Below, piece after piece: positions 38,515 through 45,941 of a stretch of DNA of 64,000 nucleotides (the first letter of the stretch is position 1; the number at the start of each line of letters is the position of its first letter). The DNA is taken from positions 116,782 through 180,781 of the forward strand of contig JBIIEH010000001.1 of the NCBI GenBank assembly GCA_044237945.1, written 5' to 3'. The DNA comes from Sphingobium sp. (lineage in GTDB: Bacteria; Pseudomonadota; Alphaproteobacteria; Sphingomonadales; Sphingomonadaceae). Under the pieces are notes generated by a model. It did not search any database and had not been told where the DNA came from. It saw only the letters and a list, made by a program, of their open reading frames with translations. A program made the position numbers and the translations under genes.

Positions 38515-39363
38515 ATGTCCTATTATGGCCCGGTGCTCGCCGTCACGGCGTTCGTGCTGCTGTGCGAAATCGTCATGGGTCGCCATCGCGGCATCTATGG
38601 GCGCAACGACATCTGGGTGCTGGGCCTCTGCGCGCTGCTCAACCCGCTCGTCACGCGCACGCTGGCCGGCATGCTGATCGCGCTGGTGGCGCAGACGCTG
38701 CTGCCGCAGTTCAAGGGCGCGCTGGCGCATCTGCCACTGCTGCCCGCCTATCTCGGCTTCTTCCTGATCGCCGAATTCGCCTTCTACTGGGGCCATCGCT
38801 GGGCGCATGAGGGGCAGCGGCGGCCCGCGCTGCGCTGGCTCTGGAAAATCCACCGCACCCATCATGCCGGCCGCTACATGAACGTGCTGGTGACCCAGCG
38901 GATCAACATCTTCTGGTCCTTCGTCGTGCCCACCTCCTGGCTCACCGGCTTTGCGATCTATTTGGGGCAGGGGATGGCGGCGGGCCTGGTCGTGCTCACC
39001 ATCTTCTGGTGGAACCTCATCACCCACAGCCATTTCCGCTGGGACGATGCGATTCGTCGCCATCCGCGCTTCGGCCGACCGTTCCGCGCGCTCGAACATC
39101 TGCTGATCAGCCCGGGCATGCACCACACCCATCACGGCTATGGCCGGGACGGGGCCTCCTATCGCAACTATGCCGTGACCTTCGCCTTCCTCGACTGGAT
39201 GTTCGGCACGCTGCACATCCCATCGGGCCGTCCCTGGCGCTACGGCGTCCCCGGCGCGCAGCCGCACTGGGCGGAGGAGGTCTTCTATCCGCTGGTCCGC
39301 ATGCCGGCGGAGGCTGACCCGGCCGCGAAGGACCAGTCGCGCCAGGATGCCGCCGCTGCCTGA
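38515..39363 (+). CDS. fatty-acid hydroxylase / sterol desaturase-family membrane di-iron enzyme
   Basis: Histidine boxes HRWAHE, HRTHH and HHTHH, plus hydrophobic segments. Confidence 0.85.
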   Translation: MSYYGPVLAVTAFVLLCEIVMGRHRGIYGRNDIWVLGLCALLNPLVTRTLAGMLIALVAQTLLPQFKGALAHLPLLPAYLGFFLIAEFAFYWGHRWAHEGQRRPALRWLWKIHRTHHAGRYMNVLVTQRINIFWSFVVPTSWLTGFAIYLGQGMAAGLVVLTIFWWNLITHSHFRWDDAIRRHPRFGRPFRALEHLLISPGMHHTHHGYGRDGASYRNYAVTFAFLDWMFGTLHIPSGRPWRYGVPGAQPHWAEEVFYPLVRMPAEADPAAKDQSRQDAAAA

Positions 39364-39493
39364 GCGGCGACATCCCGCTTGACGAATCTGCTTAACCAGG
39401 CGCACTGTCATGCCATAATTCAGCCGAATATCGCGAAATATTGGAACGAACGTTCTTTTTTGTCGCGACACGGCATGACATGGGAGAGCGCTG

Positions 39494-40768
39494 ATGCCGA
39501 TCGAACCGGACGACTATTTCCTGTCCTCGACCAACCCGGTCGCCAATGTCGACCAGCGCGATCTCGAGCGTCTGGCGATGCGGTTGTTCGATCGGCCGGA
39601 TGTGCGCGCGGCGCGGGCGCGCGCCGAAATCGCCTGGCGGCGAGTCTCCGACCGCCTGATGCCGCCCGACCAGATGGCGCTGTTCGACGATCATGTCTCC
39701 GACTACTGCTTCAAATGCACAATGGTCGCCGCCAACACCGACGCCAACTATCCCCGCGTCCTGCGCGTCTATGCCGAAGGGGCCGAGTGGCTGGGCCACG
39801 GGACGCCCGGTGCGAAATGGGGCGGCGACAATCCCAACAACGCCTATCGCATCATCCCGGTGGCGGCCGGCGGGCGATACGAAGTGACGGGGCAGCGGCA
39901 GGTCGAGCCGTCCACCTATGTGACCTTTCAGCTTGTCGGCAACAGCACGACATCGGCGACGCTCGTCTCGCTGGAGCAACTCGACATGGATGTCGCGCCG
40001 GACGGCAGCTACACGCTGACGCTGGACGAAACGCCCGCTGACGGCCGGCGCAATCACATGCAGATACCGGAGGGGACGCTCTACCTCTTCATCCGCGATT
40101 CCATGGGCGACTGGGAAACGCAGCATCCCGACGCCCTGCGTATCCGCCGCCTCAACCCGCCGACGCGCGATCCCCTGACCGATGACGAACTGGCCGCCAC
40201 GGCGATCCGCAATATTCAGTCGGACATCTTCTACGCTTATTATGCGCAGCGGCTGTTCTTCAACGGGCCGCAGATGATGACCCCCGCCGAAGGAGCAGGA
40301 TCAGTCGGCGGACTGGTGACGCAGCAGGGGAGCCTCGGTCACTTCACCCTTGGCGAGGACGATGCCGTCATCATCACCGCCAACGCGGCGGGCGCGACCT
40401 ATCGCGATATCGTGCTGCACGACCTGTGGCTGCGCAGTCTGCCCAATCGCGACCATCAGGTCAGCCTGACCAATGCGCAGATGCTGCCCGATGCAGACGG
40501 GCGCTACACCTATGTCCTGTCGATCGCGGATCCCGGCGTCCACAACTGGCTCGATCCCTCCGGCCTGCACGATGTGCTGATCCTCCACCGCTGGCAGGGC
40601 TTCCCGGACCCGGACGCCGACGCGCCGGCGATCGAAAGCCGCAAGCTCGCCTTTGCCGATCTGGACGCCAGCCTGCCGGCCGGCGTGGTCCGCGTCACGC
40701 CCGAAGAACGCCGCGCCCAGATCGCCCGCCGGCAGGCCGCCTATGACCGGCGCTTTGCGGTGGATTGA
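39494..40768 (+). CDS. conserved hypothetical protein (possibly DUF1214-like; unverified)
   Basis: 424-aa ORF with protein-like composition and high GC3. No signal peptide. The WGGDNPNNAYR segment reminds me of DUF1214 proteins, but I cannot confirm that. Confidence 0.6.
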   Translation: MPIEPDDYFLSSTNPVANVDQRDLERLAMRLFDRPDVRAARARAEIAWRRVSDRLMPPDQMALFDDHVSDYCFKCTMVAANTDANYPRVLRVYAEGAEWLGHGTPGAKWGGDNPNNAYRIIPVAAGGRYEVTGQRQVEPSTYVTFQLVGNSTTSATLVSLEQLDMDVAPDGSYTLTLDETPADGRRNHMQIPEGTLYLFIRDSMGDWETQHPDALRIRRLNPPTRDPLTDDELAATAIRNIQSDIFYAYYAQRLFFNGPQMMTPAEGAGSVGGLVTQQGSLGHFTLGEDDAVIITANAAGATYRDIVLHDLWLRSLPNRDHQVSLTNAQMLPDADGRYTYVLSIADPGVHNWLDPSGLHDVLILHRWQGFPDPDADAPAIESRKLAFADLDASLPAGVVRVTPEERRAQIARRQAAYDRRFAVD

Positions 40769-40793
40769 CGGTGGCTTTGTAGCGCGAAGGCAA

Positions 40794-40825
40794 GGAGGCG
40801 GCGCCGGGCATCCAGGGCCGCCTCC
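40794..40825 (+). terminator. hairpin downstream of the hypothetical gene (no T-run)
   Basis: GGAGGCGGC-N14-GCCGCCTCC is a perfect 9-bp stem. Confidence 0.35.
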
Positions 40826-40885
40826 GTATATGCGCCATGCCTATATCAGCTATGTGATGCATGCTTATTATCCAAAATTGCAAAA

Positions 40886-40895
40886 TTGCATGCAA
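40886..40895. promoter_or_regulatory. TTGCATGCAA palindrome, copy 4 (240 bp upstream of TBDR-3)
   Basis: It lies in an AT-rich stretch AAAATTGCAAAATTGCATGCAACAT that includes a tandem AAAATTGC repeat. Confidence 0.45.
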
Positions 40896-40949
40896 CATAT
40901 CTCCCCATTAAGACACATGACTGCCTGACATCCGAACACAACGAACAGC

Positions 40950-41134
40950 GGATGCATGGTTTCTGGGGAGAGGATCATGCGGCACTCGATCGCATCTGCG
41001 GCAACCATGCCGTCCTGCACGCATGTCACCGCGAATTTTCGCGCTGCCTCTCCCCAGTCCTGCTTTCCCATGCCGGTGATCGGTCCGGACAGCAGGCATC
41101 CATTTTCAATCATGGTCAAAAGGGGAGAGTTGTC
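40950..41134 (+). promoter_or_regulatory. structured 5' leader of TBDR-3 with SD / anti-SD / anti-anti-SD elements
   Basis: CTGGGGAGAGG (40963-40973) is perfectly complementary to CCTCTCCCCAG (41047-41057). The real SD GGGGAGAG (41122-41129) can pair with the same CTCTCCCC. Extra stems: GGATGC/GCATCC (40950/41096) and CCTGCT/AGCAGG (41059/41091). Confidence 0.45.
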
Positions 41135-43708
41135 ATGAGGAAGCCTATCTATCTGGCCGGCGCAGCCTTGGTCGCCATCGCGACGCCGCAGGCCGCTGCG
41201 GCGCAGGACGATGCGACAAGCACGACCGCCGTCGGCGCCGACATCGTCGTCACCGCCACCCGGCGCGAGCAGCGCCTCCAGGAAGTGCCGCTCGCCGTGA
41301 CCGCACTCAGCGGCGAAACGCTCCGCAGCCGCGGCATCGAGAATATGAACGACCTTGGCCCCGGCAAGATCGCCGGCCTCACATCCTACCCGCTCAACGG
41401 CTCGGAAACCGGCGTCGCGCTCCAGATGCGCGGCTATGGCACGTCCGACGCCTCGCAGGGGACGCAGGACAATGCGGTCGCCTTCTACATCGACGGCATC
41501 AACATCCCCCGCGCGCAGGGCGGCGCGCTCGACCTCGTCACGCCCGAGCGGATCGAGGTGCTGCGCGGGCCGCAGGGCCAACTCTTCGGCCGCAATGCGG
41601 AGGCGGGCGTCGTCCAGGTGGTGTCCCGCCGGCCTACCGGCATTCTGGGCGGCGATTTCCGCGCTGGTATCGGCAATTTCGATGCTTATGAGTTGAAGGG
41701 CCGGCTCGACCTGCCGTCGCTGGCCGGCTTCAATATTCAGCTGTCGGGCATGTTCCGCAAGCGCGGCGGCTATTTCCGCAATGTCCGCTCCAGCCTGCTT
41801 CAGAACATCACGCCGGTCTCCAGCCCCTATTCCTCCTTCCACTGGAAGACCGGCAACTACGACCAGGATTTCCGCAAGCTCAAGACCTATGGCGGCCGCA
41901 TCGCGGTGGAGCGCGATTTCGGCGATCTCAACGTCTTCTACGCCTATGACAATATCTGGGCGAAGGACGATCAGGCATTCCCGCAGATCCTGGTCTCGCC
42001 CAATGCCGGCACGATCGAAAATCCCAATGGCGGCATCACCGTGCCGCCGTCCGGCCCGGCCACGATCTTCACCACCGATGGCGGCCGCTACCAGCAGCAG
42101 CCGCTGGATCTCGATCATTATCCCCGCAGTGCGCCCTTCGCCATTCCCTCGCTCTATTTCATCACCAAGAATCAGGGCCATGTGCTGAACCTGAGCTACG
42201 GGGCATCCGACTCGCTGACGCTCAAGTCGATCACCGGCCTGCGCAAGTCGCTCAATTATGGCGGCGCGGTCACCTCGCTCGGCACCTCGCCGGTGCAGGC
42301 CTGGGCCAGCAATTATCTGGATTCCAAGGTGTTCAGCCAGGAATTGCAGGCCATCTACACCGTCTCCAACTTCAACATCACGGTCGGCGGCATCTATTTC
42401 CACGAGGATGTGCGGGACGAGCGGGATTCGGGCTTCTCAACCAACTGCCCCGCCGGCATTCCCGGCGCGCCCTGCACGCCCGGCGCTGGGCCGAGCCGCG
42501 CGCCCTATTACAGTCCGTTCGCGCCCAATGGCGGCTTCATCCGCCAGTTCTCGAAGACCAACGCCTATGCCGCTTATGGTCAGGCGAGCTGGACGCCGCC
42601 GGTGCTGGAAGAGAAGCTCGAACTCACCGCCGGCCTTCGCTACAGCGACGATACCAAGCGGGCGCGGCGCGATATCTTCAACGGCGTGATCCTGCCCAAC
42701 CAGCTCCGCAATGAGGCGAAGGAGAAGCGCGTCGATCCCGCCTTCGTCGTCAAATATAGCTGGACCGACGACATCAACACCTATTTCCGCTACGCCTCCG
42801 GCTTCCGCGATGGGGGCGCGAACGTGCGCTCGCAGACCTTCGTCGCCTATGACACCGAAGTGCTCAAATCCTTCGAAATCGGCCTGAAATCGCAATGGTT
42901 CGATCGCCGCGTGACGCTCAACATCGCGGCCTTCCGCTACAAGGTCACCGATCAGCAGCAGTCGATCCAGACCAACCCATCGGTCAATCCCAGCATCTCC
43001 GACACGTTCAACGTCAATGTGCCCTATAAGGCGAAGGGGTTCGAGGTTGAACTGAGCGCCCGGATCGTGCCGGGCCTCAGCGTCGCGGCGAACTACACCT
43101 TCATTGACGCCAATGAGCGCATCATCGGCATCGATCCGGTCACGCTCAAGACCTTCACGCCGAAAAGCACGTCGATCCTCCCAGCCGGCCCCTGTCCGGC
43201 AGCGCCCAGCGGCAATTGCGCCGGTGGCCTGGTCGTCTCGCCGGAGGATATGGCGGCGCACCCCAATTCGACGTTCCTGCAATTGCTGGGCATCGGCGCG
43301 GCGCGTCATTCGGGATCGGTTTCGGTCGATTTCAGCCAGCGGATCGATCCGGGCATCTTCAACATCCACTTCGACTGGACCCGCAGCTCCAGCATGATCT
43401 GCTGCGCGCCCTATCGGCTGGCGACCTTCATCAATGCGACCGGCACCGTGCAGTCGCCCGCTCCGCGCTACAATCCGGGCGTATCGACGAACCGGATCAA
43501 CGCGCGCATGAGCTTCTCAGAGATTCCGCTGCGCAGCGGGGTGAAGGGAGAGCTCAGCTTCTGGGTCAAGAACCTGCTCAACCATGTCGATCTGGCGCAG
43601 CTGTTCCCGGCCGGCAACGCGCTCAATGCGTCCCAGCCTTATCCGCAGGCGGCGACCTATCTCCAGCCGCCCCGCACCATGGGCGGCGAATTCAGGATCC
43701 AGTTCTGA
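41135..43708 (+). CDS. TonB-dependent receptor (TBDR-3)
   Basis: Signal peptide ...ATPQAAAAQ, IVVTATRR, VLRGPQGQLFGRNAEAGVV, terminal ...GGEFRIQF. ATG at 41135 lies 5 nt after GGGGAGAG. Confidence 0.93.
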   Translation: MRKPIYLAGAALVAIATPQAAAAQDDATSTTAVGADIVVTATRREQRLQEVPLAVTALSGETLRSRGIENMNDLGPGKIAGLTSYPLNGSETGVALQMRGYGTSDASQGTQDNAVAFYIDGINIPRAQGGALDLVTPERIEVLRGPQGQLFGRNAEAGVVQVVSRRPTGILGGDFRAGIGNFDAYELKGRLDLPSLAGFNIQLSGMFRKRGGYFRNVRSSLLQNITPVSSPYSSFHWKTGNYDQDFRKLKTYGGRIAVERDFGDLNVFYAYDNIWAKDDQAFPQILVSPNAGTIENPNGGITVPPSGPATIFTTDGGRYQQQPLDLDHYPRSAPFAIPSLYFITKNQGHVLNLSYGASDSLTLKSITGLRKSLNYGGAVTSLGTSPVQAWASNYLDSKVFSQELQAIYTVSNFNITVGGIYFHEDVRDERDSGFSTNCPAGIPGAPCTPGAGPSRAPYYSPFAPNGGFIRQFSKTNAYAAYGQASWTPPVLEEKLELTAGLRYSDDTKRARRDIFNGVILPNQLRNEAKEKRVDPAFVVKYSWTDDINTYFRYASGFRDGGANVRSQTFVAYDTEVLKSFEIGLKSQWFDRRVTLNIAAFRYKVTDQQQSIQTNPSVNPSISDTFNVNVPYKAKGFEVELSARIVPGLSVAANYTFIDANERIIGIDPVTLKTFTPKSTSILPAGPCPAAPSGNCAGGLVVSPEDMAAHPNSTFLQLLGIGAARHSGSVSVDFSQRIDPGIFNIHFDWTRSSSMICCAPYRLATFINATGTVQSPAPRYNPGVSTNRINARMSFSEIPLRSGVKGELSFWVKNLLNHVDLAQLFPAGNALNASQPYPQAATYLQPPRTMGGEFRIQF

Positions 43709-43715
43709 TCCTTGC

Positions 43716-43744
43716 GCGGGCCGGCCTTTGAGGGGTCGGCCCGC
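43716..43744 (+). terminator. hairpin downstream of TBDR-3
   Basis: GCGGGCCGGCC-tttgagg-GGTCGGCCCGC, an 11-bp stem with one G-T wobble. Confidence 0.4.
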
Positions 43745-43876
43745 CCTCATTTCATGTATGACCCGTGCGAAAGTTCACATGGATGATCGCTGCTGCATTG
43801 CGGAATGTGCGTTTGTCCATTCCGTTGCAACATGATACTGACCCTTCACATCCAGTCTGATTTGGGGGCAATTTTC

Positions 43877-44152
43877 ATGAAAATTCTTTTCGCGCTCGTC
43901 GCGGCCTTGTCGTTCGGTTCTGCTGCGATTGCACAGGACGCGCCGGCGATTAAGGCGCGCTCCATGGTCAAGACGGCAGACGGCGCGCGCGTCGGCGTCA
44001 TCGACCGCATCACCAAGAACGCGGACGGCACGCCCGCCTCGGTGCAGATCATCTACAAGGGCCGCTTCGTGTCGATCCCGGCCGCCACCCTCAGCACCGG
44101 CGAAAAGGGTCTGGTCACCAGCCTGACCGCGGACGACCTCAAAAAGCTGTAA
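43877..44152 (+). CDS. small secreted protein (PRC-barrel-like?)
   Basis: MKILFALVAALSFGSAAIAQ signal peptide. 91 aa. The V.TADGARVGVIDRI...V.I.YKGRFVSIPAATL pattern resembles PRC-barrel proteins. A strong terminator follows. Confidence 0.55.
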   Translation: MKILFALVAALSFGSAAIAQDAPAIKARSMVKTADGARVGVIDRITKNADGTPASVQIIYKGRFVSIPAATLSTGEKGLVTSLTADDLKKL

Positions 44153-44173
44153 GCCGCCCATACGAGCGGACAA

Positions 44174-44209
44174 GGGGACGCAGCCTCGGAAGGGGCTGCG
44201 TCCCCTTTT
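44174..44209 (+). terminator. rho-independent terminator
   Basis: GGGGACGCAGCC-tcggaagg-GGCTGCGTCCCC, a 12-bp perfect stem followed by TTTT. Confidence 0.8.
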
Positions 44210-44213
44210 CGTA

Positions 44214-45125
44214 TCAGCCAGCACTCAGCTTGTTGAGCAGGCTGGTCAGTTGCGCCAGTTCATAGGGTTCAAGCCGATCCTCCAGCTGAAGCTGATAGGA
44301 TTGCGCGACCGCCATCAGTTCGGTCAGCGTCACCTGGGCTTCGGCGCTCAGGTGCAGTCGCTCGCCGGCGGTAATGATCAGCCCGCGCGCGATCAGTCCA
44401 TCGACCGCCGCGTCCGGCAGGTCGACGCCGCCATTGGCAGCCCGTCGCGTCAATTCATCGCGCGCGCACCCATCACCCAGGCCGAGCGCCACCAGCACGC
44501 TATATTCCGACGAGCGCAGCCCGCGTGCCCGCACCTCCCGCCGCACATCGGCAAAGGCCGACTGGTAGGCGCGGCCCAGCAGATGCGCGATAAAATAGCG
44601 GCCAAACTCCCCGTCATGCGGAAGTTCGGCAGGGCGGGTTTCCTTTGCGCCCTGAAACACGCCGCCATATTTGCCGCCATGGAAGACCAGCGGCTTGACG
44701 TCGCGATCGGCGAAATCGACCACCTCGCCGACGAAGATCGCATGATCGCCGCCCTCATATTCGAAGGTCGACCGACAGCCGAAGCGTGCGGCGCAGCCGG
44801 GGATGAGCGGTGCGCCCTCCGGCCCGTCCTCTACTTCCATCCCTTCAAACTTGTCGATGCCGCGCGTCGCGAAGCGGTTGGACAGGTCTTCCTGATCGGC
44901 GGCCAGCACATGCACGGCCCACGCCTTGCCGTTGCGAAACGCGGCGAGATTGGGGCTGGTCAGCGCCAGGCTCCACAGCACCAGCGGCGGGTCCAGCGAC
45001 ACGGAATTGAAGCTGTTGGCGGTCAGTCCGATCGCTTTTCCGTCGCCGTCGCGCGTCGTCACGATGGTGACGCCGGTCACGAAGCGCCCGAGCGCGGAGC
45101 GGAACGCTTGCCTGTTGTCGATCAT
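44214..45125 (-). CDS. flavin reductase domain fused to a MarR-type winged-helix domain
   Basis: N-terminal 160 aa: FRSALGRFVTGVTIVTT...GLTANSFNSVSLDPPLVLWSL...GDHAIFVGEV (HpaC/RutF-type flavin reductase). C-terminal 130 aa: LLGRAYQSAFADVRREVRARGLRSSEYSVLVAL...LTRRA...DGLIARGLI (MarR-like). ATG at 45125. Confidence 0.8.
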   Translation of the reverse strand: MIDNRQAFRSALGRFVTGVTIVTTRDGDGKAIGLTANSFNSVSLDPPLVLWSLALTSPNLAAFRNGKAWAVHVLAADQEDLSNRFATRGIDKFEGMEVEDGPEGAPLIPGCAARFGCRSTFEYEGGDHAIFVGEVVDFADRDVKPLVFHGGKYGGVFQGAKETRPAELPHDGEFGRYFIAHLLGRAYQSAFADVRREVRARGLRSSEYSVLVALGLGDGCARDELTRRAANGGVDLPDAAVDGLIARGLIITAGERLHLSAEAQVTLTELMAVAQSYQLQLEDRLEPYELAQLTSLLNKLSAG

Positions 45126-45191
45126 CTCGCATCTTTCCTGCCAACTGCGGTCCTTCAGATGAAACGGGGCAGGGCGGGTGCATAGGGCGTG

Positions 45192-45207
45192 TGCCGACAT
45201 ATCGGCA
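45192..45207. promoter_or_regulatory. palindrome TGCCGA-cata-TCGGCA in the divergent region (candidate MarR operator)
   Basis: 6-bp perfect arms, 67 bp upstream of the fusion gene and 81 bp upstream of the CMD gene. Confidence 0.3.
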
Positions 45208-45287
45208 TTGTGAAGTGTTCGACGCCATGATTGCTGGTGCCGCCCGGTCTTGGCAGACCCGTCGCATAAAAGGAGAGGGGGAGCGCC

Positions 45288-45932
45288 ATGCGCCATCTGA
45301 TGCTGGGCCTTGCGCTATGCTGTGCTTCGCCGGCCCTCGCCGAACCGGAGAAAAGCATGATGACGCCCCCGAAACAGTCCCGCATCCCGCTGATCGAGCC
45401 GGAGGATATGACGCCGGAACAGCGCGCCGCCTATGACGCGCATCCGCATGCCCGCACCAATCTGGGCCGGCTGCTGGGGCAGGCGAAGACGCTGGGGCCG
45501 GCGTTCACCCGCTTCAATGAACTGATGGCGACAACCATCACCGTGCCGCCGCTGGAGCGCGAGATCGTGACGTTGGCCGTGCTTCACCTGGAACGCGGCG
45601 AATGGGAATGGCAACAGCATCTGACCGTGGCCGAAATCCTTGGCGTTCCCAAGGCCAAGGTCGAAGCGATCGCGGCGGAGCGTTTCGGCGATCCGGTCTT
45701 CACCGATCGGGAACGGGCGCTGCTCGCCTTCACGCGGCAGGTGGTGAAGACCGTGCGCGTCGATGATCCAACCTTCAATGCAGTCGCCGCCTTTTATGAT
45801 CCACGCCAGATGGTGGAGACGATCCTCGTCATCTCCAACTACATGATGATCCTGCGCGTGTCCGAAGTCGCCGAATTGCCGTTGGAAGGCGATGCAGGCG
45901 CCGGCTTCTGGAAGGATCGCAAGCAACCCTGA
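45288..45932 (+). CDS. carboxymuconolactone decarboxylase (AhpD-like) family protein with an apparent Sec signal peptide
   Basis: The core IPLIEPEDMTPEQRAAYD...EREIVTLAVLHLERGEWEWQQH...FTDRERALLAFTRQ is CMD/AhpD-like. N-terminus MRHLMLGLALCCASPALA with AGGAGAG RBS. An alternative internal start MMTPPKQ would remove the signal. Confidence 0.75.
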   Translation: MRHLMLGLALCCASPALAEPEKSMMTPPKQSRIPLIEPEDMTPEQRAAYDAHPHARTNLGRLLGQAKTLGPAFTRFNELMATTITVPPLEREIVTLAVLHLERGEWEWQQHLTVAEILGVPKAKVEAIAAERFGDPVFTDRERALLAFTRQVVKTVRVDDPTFNAVAAFYDPRQMVETILVISNYMMILRVSEVAELPLEGDAGAGFWKDRKQP

Positions 45933-45941
45933 CGCCGACGA

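Noticed and set aside
40826-40850. GTATATGCGCCATGCCTATAT resembles one half of the 29064-29101 operator (TATATGCGC)
   Set aside because: Only a single 9-nt half-site match, without the partner arm or the correct spacing. It may be coincidence within an AT-rich promoter stretch.
40769-41134. Cobalamin, TPP or other known riboswitch upstream of TBDR-3 (and in the leaders of the other TBDRs)
   Set aside because: I could not find a B12-box-like GCCACTG core or other signature that I know. The structure is reported instead as an unclassified SD/anti-SD leader. An Rfam scan is needed to be sure.
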